A stretch of 64,000 nt of DNA from Polaromonas sp. (lineage in GTDB: Bacteria; Pseudomonadota; Gammaproteobacteria; Burkholderiales; Burkholderiaceae_C). Shown one piece after another: positions 1 to 11,610 of the stretch. The stretch covers positions 24,412 through 88,411 of the forward strand of contig JBCKNJ010000001.1 in assembly GCA_038902795.1 (NCBI GenBank), in the 5' to 3' direction. Within the stretch, counting starts at the first letter, position 1. Each line of letters starts with the position of its first letter. Below the pieces are notes generated by a model. The model worked only from the letters and a program-made list of their open reading frames with translations. It did no database searches and was not told the origin of the DNA. Position numbers and translations under genes: made by a program.

Positions 1-495
1 ATGCTCAGTGCCGAAACAGCCGTAGGCAAGTACCCGCTGGAAACGGTCGAGGAGATGGCCAAGATCTGCCTCGAAGCCGAAAAAACCGAGTACAAGGAAA
101 TCGAATCGGACTTCAGCGGCAAGACCTTTGCCCGCATTGACCAGTCCATCGCCATGGGCGCGCTGTTCACTGCCAGCCACCTGGGGGCCAAGGCCATCGT
201 GGCGCTGACCGACAGCGGCTCCACCCCGTTGTGGATGAGCCGCCACGACATCCGCATTCCCATTTACGCGCTGACACCGCACCTGGCCACCCAGCGCAAG
301 ATGGCCATCTACCGCAACGTTCGCCCTTTGCTGATGGACACCAGCGTTGACCGCGACACCGCTCTGCGCCAGGCAGAAGGCCATTTGCTGAGTCGCCAGA
401 TTGTGCAGAGTGGCGACGTGTACGCGATTACCTGCGGCGAGCCGATGGGCGCGCCGGGTGGAACGAATATGCTCAAAATTTGCCGGGTAGAATAG
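1..495 (+). CDS. pyk: Pyruvate kinase, 3' part (cut by window edge; mirror of 49500..49994)
   Basis: [12 protein letters not shown] motif; identical to the C-terminus of the full copy at 49500..50933. Confidence 0.95.
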   Translation: MLSAETAVGKYPLETVEEMAKICLEAEKTEYKEIESDFSGKTFARIDQSIAMGALFTASHLGAKAIVALTDSGSTPLWMSRHDIRIPIYALTPHLATQRKMAIYRNVRPLLMDTSVDRDTALRQAEGHLLSRQIVQSGDVYAITCGEPMGAPGGTNMLKICRVE

Positions 496-568
496 GGCCC
501 CCACGCTCCACCGCTGCGCTGGTCGGTACAAGTTACCAACGGGTTACCAACTTTTCAAGGACACCATC

Positions 569-1633
569 ATGGCTCTTGTTTCAATGCGCGAGCTGCTGGA
601 TCATGCGGCAGTCAACGGCTACGGCATTCCGGCTTTTAATGTCAACAATCTTGAGCAGGTACAAGCCGTGATGGAAGCGGCCAAAGAAACCGGTGCCCCG
701 GTCATCCTGCAAGCCAGTGCCGGCGCACGTAAATATGCAGGCGAGGCCTTCATCAAGCACCTGTTACAGGCCGCGATTGAGATGTACCCGAGCATTCCGC
801 TGGTCATGCACCAGGACCACGGCCAAAACCCTGACGTGTGCCAGAGCGCTATCAATCTCGGCTTTTCGTCGGTGATGATGGACGGCTCTCTTGAAGGCGA
901 CGGTAAAACCATTGCCAGCTATGAGTACAACGTTGAGGTGACGAAAAAAGTATCCAGCATGGCGCACAAGCTGGGCGTAACGGTTGAAGGCGAACTCGGC
1001 TGCCTCGGCAGCCTGGAGACTATGAGGGGCGACAAGGAAGACGGCCACGGCACCGAGGCAACCATGACGCGTGAGCAACTGCTGACCGACCCCGAGCAGG
1101 CCGCTGATTTTGTCAAGCAGACGCAAATTGACGCACTGGCCATCGCCATTGGCACCAGCCACGGCGCATACAAGTTCACCCGCAAGCCCACTGGCGATAT
1201 TTTGGCGATTGACCTTATCAAGGAAATCCACCGGCGCATTCCGAGCACGCATCTGGTGATGCATGGCTCGTCGTCCGTACCGCAAGACATGCTGGACATC
1301 ATCCGCCAGTACGGTGGCCAAATGAAAGAAACTTACGGTGTACCGGTTGAAGAAATTCAAGAGGCCATCAAACACGGCGTGCGTAAGATCAACATCGACA
1401 CCGACGTCCGCCTGGCGATGACTGGCGCGGTGCGCAAGTTCCTCTTTGAAAATCCTGAAAAGTTTGACGCACGCGAATGGCTCAAACCAGCCCGTGAGGC
1501 CGCCAAAGCACTGTGCAAGCAGCGCTACATCGAGTTCGGCTGCGAAGGCCAGGGCGCGAAGATCAAGGGCGACACACTGCAAGTTGTAGCCGCCAAATAT
1601 GCCAGTGGTGAGCTGGCGCAAGTGGTGCATTAA
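569..1633 (+). CDS. fba: Fructose-bisphosphate aldolase class II
   Basis: [33 protein letters not shown] motifs; AAGGA RBS; follows pyk. Confidence 0.96.
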   Translation: MALVSMRELLDHAAVNGYGIPAFNVNNLEQVQAVMEAAKETGAPVILQASAGARKYAGEAFIKHLLQAAIEMYPSIPLVMHQDHGQNPDVCQSAINLGFSSVMMDGSLEGDGKTIASYEYNVEVTKKVSSMAHKLGVTVEGELGCLGSLETMRGDKEDGHGTEATMTREQLLTDPEQAADFVKQTQIDALAIAIGTSHGAYKFTRKPTGDILAIDLIKEIHRRIPSTHLVMHGSSSVPQDMLDIIRQYGGQMKETYGVPVEEIQEAIKHGVRKINIDTDVRLAMTGAVRKFLFENPEKFDAREWLKPAREAAKALCKQRYIEFGCEGQGAKIKGDTLQVVAAKYASGELAQVVH

Positions 1634-1693
1634 ACCCGTTGCTTGGGGTATTTTGACGCGATGGCCTCCATAGCCTCCATAGATTGAAATGCT

Positions 1694-2626
1694 ATGAGCA
1701 CCGCTTCAACCGATTCAACCCTTACAACGCTTCACACCTCCTCCATCACCAGCCTTGCACTGCTAGCCCGTGGCAAGGTGCGCGACAACTACGTCGTGGG
1801 CAACAACCGCCTGCTGATGGTTGCCAGCGACCGCCTGAGCGCGTTTGATGTCATCCTCGGCGAACCCATCCCCGGCAAGGGCGCACTGCTGACGCAGATG
1901 GCGTTGTTCTGGTTTGCCAGACTCGGCCATATCTGCCCCAATCACCTCACAGGCGAAGCGCCTGAAAGCGTGGTCACGCCAGCCGAAGTGCCGCAAGTCA
2001 CCCATCGCTCCATGCTGGTCAAGCGCCTCAAACCACTGCCCATTGAAGCCGTGGTGCGTGGCTACCTTGCTGGCAGTGGCTGGAAGGAATACCAGGACAG
2101 TCAGGCCGTCTGCGGCGTTGCATTGCCTGCCGGGTTGAAGAACGCCAGCAAGCTGCCAGAGCCCATCTTCACGCCCGCAGCCAAGGCCGCAGTCGGCGAG
2201 CACGACGAAAACATCAGCTACGAGCAGGTCGTGAAAGTAGTGGGCGCTGACTTGGCCGCGCAAATCAAAAAAATCAGCATTCAAATTTACCAAGAAGCCG
2301 CCGCGTTTGCGCTGACCAAAGGCATCATCATTGCCGATACCAAGTTCGAGTTTGGCCTCGATGAAAACGGCACACTCACGCTGATGGACGAGGTGCTAAC
2401 GCCTGACTCATCACGCTACTGGCCGATCGAAGGTTACGAAGCCGCTTTTGCAGCGGGCCTGAACCCGCCGAGCTACGACAAACAGTTTGTGCGCGACTGG
2501 CTGGAAGCCGTGCGCATCAACGGCAAACCCTGGGACAAAACCCCGCCATCACCGCATCTGCCAGCCGATGTGATTGCCAAGACTGCGGCTAAGTACCAGG
2601 AGGCTTTGACGCGGCTGACGGGTTGA
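1694..2626 (+). CDS. purC: SAICAR synthetase
   Basis: [43 protein letters not shown] motifs. Confidence 0.96.
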   Translation: MSTASTDSTLTTLHTSSITSLALLARGKVRDNYVVGNNRLLMVASDRLSAFDVILGEPIPGKGALLTQMALFWFARLGHICPNHLTGEAPESVVTPAEVPQVTHRSMLVKRLKPLPIEAVVRGYLAGSGWKEYQDSQAVCGVALPAGLKNASKLPEPIFTPAAKAAVGEHDENISYEQVVKVVGADLAAQIKKISIQIYQEAAAFALTKGIIIADTKFEFGLDENGTLTLMDEVLTPDSSRYWPIEGYEAAFAAGLNPPSYDKQFVRDWLEAVRINGKPWDKTPPSPHLPADVIAKTAAKYQEALTRLTG

Positions 2627-2639
2627 GCGGCTGCTTTGC

Positions 2640-3536
2640 CTAGCTCAAAATCACGCTGCTCAGTCGCCGCCTGTAGGTGGCAACCGTCGGGTCATCCGGT
2701 GTAATCTGCCCATCGGCGACTTTGGGTTTGGGTGTTTCCATGATGTCCAGCACGGCGATATAGGTTTTACGGGCGAGGTCATCGGCCCAGGCCTTGTCGC
2801 GCATCAGAATCTCCAGCAATTCATCCAGTGCGTCGATCCAACGCTGGGTTGCCAAAAACAGGCGGGCCTTGTCAAAACGGGCCTCAAAGTCACGTTTGTT
2901 AGCCGCAATTTTTGCATCAAACCGGGTTTGCGCTTCATCGTCATGGGCACTGACCGCCACAAAATCAATAGCATCCATCCAGCGCTTGAGCGAATCAAAT
3001 CTGCGCACTGCAGCCGTCTGCGCGATGATGGGCGCAAACGCGACCTTGGCATCATCCATACTGCCGTTCAACAGCAATTGCTTGACCAGCTCAAAACGTG
3101 CGCTCTCGCTGCTGGGGTCGTTGGCGACATCAGCTTGCAGCTTTTTAAGCGCGGCTTCTGGTGAGGTGTCCGCTTCTTCAAGCGGTTCTTCTTCCTCCGG
3201 TGGCTTGTCGGCAGGCGGCAGGTGCTGGTCCAGAAACTCCTTGACCTTGCCTTCAGGCAGCGCGCCGGTAAAACCATCAACTGGCTGGCCGTTCACCATC
3301 AGCATGCAGGTCGGAATGCTGCGCACGCCGAAAGCGGCAGCCAGCTGCTGCTCCTGGTCAGAGTCGATCTTGACCAGCTTGAAGCGCCCGCCATAGGCGA
3401 CTTCCACCTTCTCAAGAATCGGTCCGAGTGACTTGCAGGGCCCGCACCACGGTGCCCAGAAGTCAATCAGTACAGGGACGGTTTTGGAAGCCTCAATGAC
3501 TTCCTCTTCAAAATTGGCAATGGTGACATCGATCAT
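2640..3536 (-). CDS. ybbN: Thioredoxin-TPR co-chaperone (YbbN/CnoX family)
   Basis: DFWAPWCGPCK thioredoxin domain plus helical C-terminus ending YRRRLSSVILS; start moved to MIDVT at 3536. Confidence 0.88.
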   Translation of the reverse strand: MIDVTIANFEEEVIEASKTVPVLIDFWAPWCGPCKSLGPILEKVEVAYGGRFKLVKIDSDQEQQLAAAFGVRSIPTCMLMVNGQPVDGFTGALPEGKVKEFLDQHLPPADKPPEEEEPLEEADTSPEAALKKLQADVANDPSSESARFELVKQLLLNGSMDDAKVAFAPIIAQTAAVRRFDSLKRWMDAIDFVAVSAHDDEAQTRFDAKIAANKRDFEARFDKARLFLATQRWIDALDELLEILMRDKAWADDLARKTYIAVLDIMETPKPKVADGQITPDDPTVATYRRRLSSVILS

Positions 3537-3676
3537 GATTTTTGAAAAATAGGGATAGCAAAAAAAAATTAACCGAGGGGAGGGTAGCATGCCGTTCCCA
3601 GCCTCAAGCCCGGGCGCAGCACAGACCCCGTAAAATCGGGGGTTCAGCCTTTGCCTGCAACCCCCAAAGCCCAATC

Positions 3677-4207
3677 ATGCCCATAAAAAGCCTTCAGAAT
3701 ACGACCGACCGCAAAGTGCTGGTGGGTGTTGTCATGGGATCAAGCAGCGACTGGGAGACCATGCAGCACGCGGTTGACATCCTCACGCAATTCGGCGTGG
3801 CGCATGAGGCCAAAGTGGTGTCTGCGCACCGTATGCCCGACGAGCTTTTTGCCTACGCAGAACAAGCCCAGGCGCGCGGCCTGCAGGCCATCATTGCCGG
3901 GGCTAGTGGCGCGGCGCATTTGCCAGGCATGATAGCCGCCAAAACTAGGCTGCCCGTGTTGGGCGTGCCGGTAGTCAGCAAGCATTTGCAGGGTGTTGAC
4001 TCGCTGCACAGCATGGTGCAAATGCCTAAGGGTGTGCCTGTGGCTACGTTTGCGATTGGCCATGCAGGTGCCGCCAATGCCGCGCTCTTTGCAGTTGCCA
4101 TGCTGGCGTTGCATGATAAGGCGCTGGCCGATAAATTGCAGGCTTTCCGTGCGCAGCAAACTGCCGTTGCGCGGGCTATGACCTTGCCTCCAGCGCCCGC
4201 CGCATGA
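3677..4207 (+). CDS. purE: N5-CAIR mutase
   Basis: [37 protein letters not shown]; start moved to ATG 3677. Confidence 0.95.
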   Translation: MPIKSLQNTTDRKVLVGVVMGSSSDWETMQHAVDILTQFGVAHEAKVVSAHRMPDELFAYAEQAQARGLQAIIAGASGAAHLPGMIAAKTRLPVLGVPVVSKHLQGVDSLHSMVQMPKGVPVATFAIGHAGAANAALFAVAMLALHDKALADKLQAFRAQQTAVARAMTLPPAPAA

Positions 4208-5388
4208 GCCGCGCGTTTGCCGTCGTTTTACCCGGCGCAACATTGGGCGTGATGGGCGGTGGCCAGCTGGGCCGTATGTTTGTACACGCCGCTCAGCGTT
4301 TGGGCTACAACACCTGCGTGCTCGACCCTGACGCGCAAAGTCCAGCGGGCCTGGTCAGCCACGAACATATTTATACCGACTATGACGACGCGCAAGGCCT
4401 GCGCAAACTGGCTGCGATAAGCGCCGCCATCACGACAGAATTTGAAAATGTGCCCGCAGCCGCACTGCAAACGCTCTCTGCAAGCCGCCCCGTTGCTCCC
4501 GGTGCTGCGGCGGTTGCCATTGCCCAAAACCGCATCGAAGAAAAATTGCACTTTGTGGCCAGTGGCGTGGTCTGCGCGCCCTATGCAGTGATTAAAACCG
4601 GGCAAGACCTAGAGGTGGTGCCGTCTGATTTGTTGCCCGGTATTTTGAAAACCGCGCGTATGGGCTATGACGGCAAAGGCCAGGTGCGCGTGAAAAATCT
4701 GGCGGAGTTGGCGCAGGCTTGGGGCTTTTTAAAGCAAGTGCCTTGCGTGCTTGAAAAGATGCTGCCGCTGAAGGCTGAGTTCTCGGTGATCGTGGCGCGC
4801 TCTTGGGGCGGCCAGATGGTGGGTTTTGCGCCGCAGCGTAATGTGCATGTCGATGGAATTCTGGCAGTGACTTACGCTTACGAGTCAAATATGCCTTTAG
4901 CCCAAGCAATACGGGCGCGAGCAGCTACTGAATCTATAGCAAACCAGATTGACTATGTGGGTGTGTTGTGTGTTGAGTTTTTTGTCGTGGATGACGGCAC
5001 TGCTGAAGGCGCGCTGGTCGTCAACGAAATGGCACCACGCCCGCACAACAGCGGCCACTACACCATGGACGCTTGCGACGTGTCGCAGTTTGACCTGCAG
5101 GTACATGCCATGGCGGGCTTACCTTTGCCGCAGCCGCGCCAGCATTCACCCGCCATCATGCTCAACCTGCTGGGTGACATCTGGTTTGGATCTGACGGTC
5201 AGGCGCGCACGCCTGACTGGCTGGCTGTGCTGGCTTTGCCCGGCGTACACCTGCACCTGTATGGCAAGACGGATGCACGGCCTGGCCGCAAGATGGGGCA
5301 CCTGAACATCACAGGTGTTGATGTTGCCTCGGTGCAAGCCACGGCGCGGCAAGCCGCAGATATTTTGGGCCTGCCCGGTCTCGAATAA
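4204..5388 (+). CDS. purK: N5-CAIR synthetase
   Basis: [35 protein letters not shown]; ATGA overlap with purE. Confidence 0.96.
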   Translation: MSRAFAVVLPGATLGVMGGGQLGRMFVHAAQRLGYNTCVLDPDAQSPAGLVSHEHIYTDYDDAQGLRKLAAISAAITTEFENVPAAALQTLSASRPVAPGAAAVAIAQNRIEEKLHFVASGVVCAPYAVIKTGQDLEVVPSDLLPGILKTARMGYDGKGQVRVKNLAELAQAWGFLKQVPCVLEKMLPLKAEFSVIVARSWGGQMVGFAPQRNVHVDGILAVTYAYESNMPLAQAIRARAATESIANQIDYVGVLCVEFFVVDDGTAEGALVVNEMAPRPHNSGHYTMDACDVSQFDLQVHAMAGLPLPQPRQHSPAIMLNLLGDIWFGSDGQARTPDWLAVLALPGVHLHLYGKTDARPGRKMGHLNITGVDVASVQATARQAADILGLPGLE

Positions 5389-5389
5389 T

Positions 5390-5531
5390 GGGCGCTTCTA
5401 TAAATTCATTTTTCGGGCGAATTGCGTCGTTGGGCGGTACTCGCAATCCTCACGTACCTGAGTACGTTGCGGTTGCTGCGTTCCGTCCGCCTTGCACTTC
5501 ATCCCGAAAATCTGAATTTCTAGAAGTGCCC
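5390..5531. mobile_element. MITE-like element, family A (mirror 44464..44605)
   Basis: Terminal inverted repeats GGGCGCTTCTATAAATTC / GAATTTCTAGAAGTGCCC; near-identical inverted copy at 55741..55883; no coding capacity. Confidence 0.8.
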
Positions 5532-5549
5532 TAAAGCAGGTCAAGCACG

Positions 5550-6581
5550 ATGATTTTGCACGGCACTCCGTATTTGGATAAGCCAGCCATTCTTGCTGCC
5601 GCCCGCACCATCGTTGCTGGCGGGCTGGTCGGGTTTCCAACCGAGACTGTCTACGGCCTGGGTGCTGATGCTTCAAGTGATGCGGCTGTTGAGGCCATCT
5701 TCGTGGCAAAGGGCAGGCCTGCCGACCACCCGCTGATCGTTCATGTAGCCGATGCGCAGCAGGTCAATGATTACGCCAGCAGCGTGCCGCCCTATGCGGC
5801 CCGCCTGATAAAAGCCTTCTGGCCCGGCCCGCTAACCGTCATCCTGCCGCGCAAGTCAGGCGTGGCAAAGGCGGCAGCGGGTGGTCAGGATTCGATTGGC
5901 CTGCGCTGCCCATCGCACCCAGTGGCGCAGGCTTTTTTGAAGGCCTGCCTGGAATTGGGCGTGAGCGGCGTGGCTGGTCCCAGTGCCAACCGCTTTGGCC
6001 GCGTCAGCCCCACCAGGGCTAGCCATGTAGTCGATGAAATGGGCAGCCAGCTGCTGGTACTCGACGGCGGGCCGTGTGAGCTGGGCATTGAGTCCAGCAT
6101 TGTGGACTGCACACGCGCCCGGCCCGTGTTGCTGCGGCCCGGTGTGCTCACGCGCGCCCAGCTAGAGGCGGCCTGTAGCGAGACCGTGCTGGATAAAGAT
6201 GATACCGCCGCCATGGATGGTGCGTTACTTGAAGGCGTGGTGCCCAGAGCCTCCGGTACGCTTGAAGCACACTACGCGCCCAACGCCAAGGTGCGCCTGA
6301 TGGCGGCAGGCGCGATCCAGGCCGCGCTCGATTTGCTAGGCCCTGATGCGGCCAACATCGCTGTTTATGCCAGATCCATCATGCGTATCAAGTCCGGAAA
6401 AGTACTGTTCCGCCGTATGCCCGACGATGCGCTGGCGACTGCACAGCAGCTGTTTGCGGTGCTGCGCGACTTTGACGCGAAAGGCGTAAAACTGATCTGG
6501 ATTGAGCCGCCACCAGCAGGCGACGAATCGGGAGAGTGGGATGGCGTGCGGGATAGGCTGGGCCGGGCTGCGGCTGGCTAG
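5550..6581 (+). CDS. tsaC: L-threonylcarbamoyladenylate synthase (Sua5/TsaC family)
   Basis: FPTETVYGLGA, KGRPADHPLIVH, FWPGPLT, GPSANRFG, HYAP Sua5 linker. Confidence 0.93.
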   Translation: MILHGTPYLDKPAILAAARTIVAGGLVGFPTETVYGLGADASSDAAVEAIFVAKGRPADHPLIVHVADAQQVNDYASSVPPYAARLIKAFWPGPLTVILPRKSGVAKAAAGGQDSIGLRCPSHPVAQAFLKACLELGVSGVAGPSANRFGRVSPTRASHVVDEMGSQLLVLDGGPCELGIESSIVDCTRARPVLLRPGVLTRAQLEAACSETVLDKDDTAAMDGALLEGVVPRASGTLEAHYAPNAKVRLMAAGAIQAALDLLGPDAANIAVYARSIMRIKSGKVLFRRMPDDALATAQQLFAVLRDFDAKGVKLIWIEPPPAGDESGEWDGVRDRLGRAAAG

Positions 6582-6717
6582 TGCGGGTCGTCCCCAAGAG
6601 GCGCGAGGCCTGAGGGTTCTGTCGCATTAAGCGAATTTCCCAAAATTGACCCACTACCTGTAGCGTCTCAACCTTGCGAATACGCTATCCCTGGCGTGTC
6701 GCGAAAACAAAAAATAC

Positions 6718-6818
6718 GATTATTGGGGTCAGACACCAATTTCGCTGCGGTGCGACGCACCGCCCCCTGCGGGGCGAGCCGAAGGCTCAGCGAATTTGGG
6801 CTCTGACCCCAAAAACCG
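6718..6818. repeat. Palindromic GGGGTCAGA...TCTGACCCC element, family C (mirror 43177..43277)
   Basis: Core 6725..6810 folds into a long hairpin; close match to the copy at 11508..11610 in opposite orientation. Confidence 0.85.
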
Positions 6819-6824
6819 CCGTTG

Positions 6825-8162
6825 TTATGCGCCAGATTTCTTGTCGAGATTTTTCTGCTTGAGTTCATGGAGCTTCTCAGCAATCCTGATTTCCAGGCCC
6901 CGGTTAACCGGCCGATAAAACGTGGGTGCCTCCATACCTTGCGGAAAGTAGTTTTCACCGGCGGCAAAGCCACCCTCTTCGTTATGGGCGTAGCGGTAGT
7001 CCTTGCCGTAGTCGAGCGTCTTCATCAGCTTGGTAGGGGCGTTGCGCAGGTGCAGCGGTACTGGCCGTGTGCCGTCATTTTTGATAAACGCTTTGGCTTC
7101 GTTAAAGGCCTTGTAAAGCGCATTGGACTTGGGCGCGACCGCAAGGTAGACCACGCACTGTGCCAGCGCCAGTTCGCCCTCGGGTGAGCCGAGCCGCTCG
7201 TACACCTCGGCCGCATCGAGTGCCATGCGCAACGCGCGCGGGTCGGCCAGGCCAATGTCTTCACTGGCCATGCGTATCAAGCGGCGCGCCATGTATTTGG
7301 GCTCGGCACCGCCGTCGAGCATTCGCATGAACCAGTACAGCGCCGCATCCGGGTCAGAGCCACGCACGGATTTATGCAGGGCTGAAATGGTGTCGTAGAA
7401 AACTTCGCCTGCCTTGTCGTAGCGGCGCATACGTTCGCCCAGTACCTTGAGCAGCCAAGCATCAGTGACTTCAGTCACTAGCGTGCCGGATTTCTCATTG
7501 CCTGCGGCAACACCCAGAGATTCGAGCGTGTTGAGCAGGCGCCGTGCATCGCCATCGGCATAGGCAACAAGGCGCTCAACGGCCTCTGGCGCTATGCTTT
7601 CAATAGCTTGCAGCGACCGTCTTTCAAGCGCCACAGCCACTATTTTCTTTAACTCGTTTAGTTGCAGCGGTTGCAATACATAAACTGTGGCGCGCGACAG
7701 CAAGGCCGAATTGACTTCAAACGAAGGGTTTTCGGTTGTGGCGCCAATGAAGGTGAGTAGCCCGCTTTCGACATGCGGCAAAAACGCATCCTGCTGGCTT
7801 TTGTTGAAGCGGTGTACCTCGTCAACAAACACGATGGTGCGCTTGCCCGTGCCGACATCAAAACCATCGCCACCTTGAGCCGCCCCACGCCAGATACTGG
7901 CTTGCTCCACCGCCTCGCGGATTTCCTTGATGCCGCCCAGCACTGCCGAGATGGTGATGAAGTGCGCATCAAAACTGCTGGCCATCAGGCGGGCGATCGT
8001 GGTTTTGCCAACGCCGGGTGGCCCCCACAAGATGCAGCTGTGCGGCTGGCCGGACTCGAATGCAATGCGTAGCGGCATGCCTTCACCCAGCAAATGTTGC
8101 TGGCCGATCACCTCGCCTAAAGTTTGCGGGCGTAAGCGTTCTGCGAGGGGAATGGCAGCCAT
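6825..8162 (-). CDS. rarA: Replication-associated recombination protein A (MgsA/RarA AAA+ ATPase)
   Basis: PLAERLRP, GPPGVGKTT, FVDEVHRFNKSQQD, ISALHKSVRGSD, ASEDIGLAD; downstream of ftsK-lolA. Confidence 0.96.
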   Translation of the reverse strand: MAAIPLAERLRPQTLGEVIGQQHLLGEGMPLRIAFESGQPHSCILWGPPGVGKTTIARLMASSFDAHFITISAVLGGIKEIREAVEQASIWRGAAQGGDGFDVGTGKRTIVFVDEVHRFNKSQQDAFLPHVESGLLTFIGATTENPSFEVNSALLSRATVYVLQPLQLNELKKIVAVALERRSLQAIESIAPEAVERLVAYADGDARRLLNTLESLGVAAGNEKSGTLVTEVTDAWLLKVLGERMRRYDKAGEVFYDTISALHKSVRGSDPDAALYWFMRMLDGGAEPKYMARRLIRMASEDIGLADPRALRMALDAAEVYERLGSPEGELALAQCVVYLAVAPKSNALYKAFNEAKAFIKNDGTRPVPLHLRNAPTKLMKTLDYGKDYRYAHNEEGGFAAGENYFPQGMEAPTFYRPVNRGLEIRIAEKLHELKQKNLDKKSGA

Positions 8163-8168
8163 TAGTAG

Positions 8169-8267
8169 TCCGTTTCTACATCATTTCTAGATTAGGCGCG
8201 AAGCCGCAGGCAGTGCTGTAGCACGACAAGGCGAAGCAACAACATATAGGAATGATTTAGAAATGGA
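8169..8267. repeat. Palindromic intergenic element, family B (mirror 41728..41826)
   Basis: Arms TCCGTTTCTACATCAT / ATGATTTAGAAATGGA around core AGGCGCGAAGCCGCAGGCAGTGCTGTAGCACGACAAGGCGAAGCAAC shared with 12772 and 13444 copies. Confidence 0.82.
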
Positions 8268-8268
8268 A

Positions 8269-9081
8269 TTACTGCCGAATCACGTCACTGCCCACGGGCG
8301 GCTTGAATTGAAAACTGGCGGGGGCTAGCGTGGGGTTGACCTCAAACTGGTTGAAGGTCATCACAGAGCGCTGGCCAAAGCTGTCAAGGATTTCAAGTGC
8401 TGCCAGCTCGCTACCCTTGTCAGTTACTTTAAAACCCACGCTGATGTTTTGCAACTGCCCGTCTTTGGTTTTTGGTGTGGCCTGAACCCATTGCAAGCCG
8501 GTTTTTGCATCCGCCTTCTCAGCCTTCTCAGTTTTCTCAGGCAGGGACGCAAGATTGAAATCAGCCTGCAAGCCCTTGAGGTCAGCCGCAGCAGCAATCA
8601 CGGCGGCTGGCGTGCCGTTCAAAACCTGCGCCAACTTGCGCGAGGTGGTCTGGTTTAAGTCCGCGTCGTACAGCCACAGCGTTTGCCCGTCAGAAACAAT
8701 GGTTTGTTCAAACGGTTTTTTGTACACAAACTTGAATCGATTGGGGCGCAAAAATTCAAACGTACCGCTGGAGGTTTTGCTTTTTACCGCTTGCCCCTCT
8801 TTGGCCGGGCTGGTAACGACCTGGGTGAACACGGCGCGGCCTGATTTGGTGTTTTTGACAAAGTTTTCGAGGTTTTGAAGGCCATTTTGAGGTGCATTTA
8901 GGCCTGCAGGAGGGTTTTTGGGGTCAGAGTCCAAATTCATCGTGCCCTTGGCACGCCCTTCGGGTGCGATGCTTTGCAGCGTAATGAAATTGGCGTCTGA
9001 CCCCAATAACCCTCCTGAAATAATAGCAACTGAACTCGCTAAAACAAGTTTTAGCAAACGCTTAAAAAGCATATTCGTCAT
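8269..9081 (-). CDS. lolA: Outer-membrane lipoprotein carrier protein with in-frame repeat insertion near the N-terminus
   Basis: SSGTFEFLRPNRFKFVY, IVSDGQTLWLYDADLNQ, LEILDSFGQRS, FQFKPP; ftsK-lolA-rarA synteny; start may be 9072. Confidence 0.92.
   Translation of the reverse strand: MTNMLFKRLLKLVLASSVAIISGGLLGSDANFITLQSIAPEGRAKGTMNLDSDPKNPPAGLNAPQNGLQNLENFVKNTKSGRAVFTQVVTSPAKEGQAVKSKTSSGTFEFLRPNRFKFVYKKPFEQTIVSDGQTLWLYDADLNQTTSRKLAQVLNGTPAAVIAAAADLKGLQADFNLASLPEKTEKAEKADAKTGLQWVQATPKTKDGQLQNISVGFKVTDKGSELAALEILDSFGQRSVMTFNQFEVNPTLAPASFQFKPPVGSDVIRQ
8907..9017. repeat. Family C palindromic element inside lolA coding sequence (mirror 40978..41088)
   Basis: CAGGAGGGTTTTTGGGGTCAGA...TCTGACCCCAATAACCCTCCTG, 111 bp = 37 codons, no stop in the lolA frame. 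Confidence 0.88.
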
Positions 9082-9115
9082 AAATGTAGTGTGATGCGGC
9101 GTGTGGCCCTAGTCG

Positions 9116-11470
9116 TCATTCAGCTCGAGCAGGCACCAGAATGTCGCGCTGGCCGCTGCCTGACATGGCGCTTATCAGGCCGGCTTTTTCCATTTCTTCC
9201 AGCATGCGGGCCGAGCGGTTGTAGCCGATCTTGAGGTGACGCTGCACCAGTGAAATCGAAGCCTTACGGTTTTTCAGGACAATCTCGACCGCCTGGTCGT
9301 ACATCGGGTCTTTCTCATCGCCCGCACCACCTGATACGCTGAGGTCACCACCCCAGTCACCCCACTCAGCATCGACGCTACCGCCTTCAAGCACGCCGTC
9401 AATGTAATTGGGCTCGCCCTGGGACTTGAGGTAAGCCACCACGCGATGCACTTCGTCGTCGCTCACAAAAGCACCGTGTACCCGAATCGGAAAGCCCGTG
9501 CCGCTGGGCATGTAGAGCATGTCGCCCATGCCGAGCAGTGCCTCTGCGCCCATCTGGTCGAGGATGGTGCGGCTGTCGATTTTGCTGGAGACCTGGAATG
9601 AAATCCGCGTCGGAATGTTGGCCTTGATAAGACCGGTAATCACATCGACGCTGGGCCGCTGCGTGGCCAGCACCAGATGGATGCCGGCAGCCCTGGCTTT
9701 GTGCGCCAGGCGGGCTATCAGTACTTCAATTTTTTTACCCACCACCATCATCAGGTCGGCCAGCTCATCAATCACCACCACGATGTAGGGCAGGCGCTCC
9801 AACGGTTCGGGCTGCTCGGGCGTGAGGCTGAAAGGGTTGTAGATGAATTCACCTTTGGCCTTGGCAGCGTCAATCTTGACGTTGTAGCCCGCCAGGTTGC
9901 GCACGCCCAGCTTGCTCATCAGCTTGTAGCGCTTTTCCATCTCGGCAATGCACCAGTTCAGGCCGTTAGCGGCTTGCCGCATGTCGGTCACAACCGGGCA
10001 CAGCAAATGCGGAATGCCCTCATAGACACTCATCTCCAGCATCTTCGGGTCTATCAGCAACAGGCGTACATCACGCGCATCGGCCTTGTAAAGCAGGCTA
10101 AGTATCATCGCGTTGATGCCGACCGACTTGCCTGACCCGGTCGTGCCGGCCACCAAGCAGTGCGGCATCTTCGCGAGGTCGGCCACCACCGGCGCGCCGC
10201 TGATGTCCTTGCCTAGGCCGATGGTCAGCATGGACTTGGCTTCGTTGTAAACCTGTGAGCCCAGGATTTCGCTGAGCTTGATGGACTGGCGCTTGGCGTT
10301 GGGCAACTCCAGCGCCATGTAGTTTTTGCCGGGAATGGTTTCGATCACGCGAATCGACACCAGGCTCAGGGCGCGCGCCAGGTCCTTGGCCAGGCTGACG
10401 ATCTGCGAACCCTTCACGCCAACGGCAGGCTCGATTTCATAACGGGTAATGACAGGGCCGGGCGCTGCCGCCACGACGCGCACGTCAACGCCAAAGTCTT
10501 TCAGCTTTTTCTCGATTAGCCGCGATGTCATCTCCAGCGTCTCGGGGGCCACGCTCTCCTGCTTGAGCAGCGCGCCGTCGAGCAGGTCAACCTGCGGCAG
10601 CTTGGAGTCTGGCATTTCACTGAACAGCGGTTTTTGCCGTTCTTTGGCCACGCGATCGCTTTTGGGAACGTCAACCAGCGCGGGCTCAATCAACATCGGT
10701 TGCGGGTGCTGCTCTTCGATTTCAATGCGCTCGTCAATCAGGGTTGCTTCACGCTCGCGGGCTGCCAGTTTGCCGAGCGCCAGGTCTTGGGCGATCTCGC
10801 GTTTTTCGCGCCGTGAATCAATCAGGTTGGCTATCCATTCGCCAACCCGCTGGGATGTGTGCGCCCATGAAAAGCCAAACACGCTTGAGACGGCAATCAC
10901 GCCCAGGGCAATCAACACCAGGCCCGACCCCGCAAAGCCCAGCCATTTCACGCTGCTGCTGCCGACTAGATAGCCCAGCGCGCCCCCGGCAGCATCGGGC
11001 AGCCGGGATTCAAAACGGTAGAGGCGCGACCATTCAAGCGCACAGCTGGCCGCCAGCAATAGCAGCAGGCTCAGCCAAAACTTAATACGGCTTGAATGCA
11101 GAGGTGTGGCGGTTGCCAAGGTGTCTCCACGCAGCCAGTGGGCCAGTGATGCTAGCCACACCCGTGTGCCCGCCGCCAGCATCCACCAGACGGAGAACCC
11201 GAGGAAAAAATAACTCGCATCAGCCAGCCAGGCACCCAGTCGCCCGCCCCAATTGCGAGTTGCCCCTGGCAATAAACCCGCAGCCTGCGCGATGCCAGAG
11301 GTTGACCAGGCGGCATCCTGCTGCGAATAGCTGACCAGCGCAAGCAGCCAGAAAACCAGCCCAAGCAGGCCAAGAATCAGCCCGACTTCGTGGGCAAAGC
11401 GCTTGACACCACCCGGTACATCGGTGGCTTGGGAATGTCGGGCGCTAAGGGTGTCGAGTGAGTAAGTCAT
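9116..11470 (-). CDS. ftsK: DNA translocase FtsK
   Basis: N-terminal TM segments, [41 protein letters not shown], gamma domain [15 protein letters not shown]. Confidence 0.97.
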   Translation of the reverse strand: MTYSLDTLSARHSQATDVPGGVKRFAHEVGLILGLLGLVFWLLALVSYSQQDAAWSTSGIAQAAGLLPGATRNWGGRLGAWLADASYFFLGFSVWWMLAAGTRVWLASLAHWLRGDTLATATPLHSSRIKFWLSLLLLLAASCALEWSRLYRFESRLPDAAGGALGYLVGSSSVKWLGFAGSGLVLIALGVIAVSSVFGFSWAHTSQRVGEWIANLIDSRREKREIAQDLALGKLAAREREATLIDERIEIEEQHPQPMLIEPALVDVPKSDRVAKERQKPLFSEMPDSKLPQVDLLDGALLKQESVAPETLEMTSRLIEKKLKDFGVDVRVVAAAPGPVITRYEIEPAVGVKGSQIVSLAKDLARALSLVSIRVIETIPGKNYMALELPNAKRQSIKLSEILGSQVYNEAKSMLTIGLGKDISGAPVVADLAKMPHCLVAGTTGSGKSVGINAMILSLLYKADARDVRLLLIDPKMLEMSVYEGIPHLLCPVVTDMRQAANGLNWCIAEMEKRYKLMSKLGVRNLAGYNVKIDAAKAKGEFIYNPFSLTPEQPEPLERLPYIVVVIDELADLMMVVGKKIEVLIARLAHKARAAGIHLVLATQRPSVDVITGLIKANIPTRISFQVSSKIDSRTILDQMGAEALLGMGDMLYMPSGTGFPIRVHGAFVSDDEVHRVVAYLKSQGEPNYIDGVLEGGSVDAEWGDWGGDLSVSGGAGDEKDPMYDQAVEIVLKNRKASISLVQRHLKIGYNRSARMLEEMEKAGLISAMSGSGQRDILVPARAE

Positions 11471-11507
11471 AAACCAGATCAGAGCTTACCGCAGTTGTAT
11501 TGCTAGC

Positions 11508-11610
11508 AGAGTTATTGGGGTCAGAGTCCAAATTCGCTGAGCCTTTGGCTCGCCCGCAGGGTGCGGTGCGATGCACCGCAGCGAAATTGGCGTCTGACCC
11601 CAATAACTCT
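11508..11610. repeat. Family C palindromic element between divergent ftsK and trxB (mirror 38385..38487)
   Basis: AGAGTTATTGGGGTCAGA...TCTGACCCCAATAACTCT. Confidence 0.85.

Noticed and set aside
3537-3676. Overlapping N-terminal extensions of ybbN and purE (likewise extended starts for rpmB, desA, pyk, dioxygenase, lysM and the oxidoreductase)
   Set aside because: ORF-caller maximal starts running through promoters or repeats; downstream ATGs fit family N-termini and several have clear RBSs
6579-6657. Another palindromic element after tsaC (TAGTGCGGGTC...GACCCACTA)
   Set aside because: Short imperfect arms and no second copy outside the mirror
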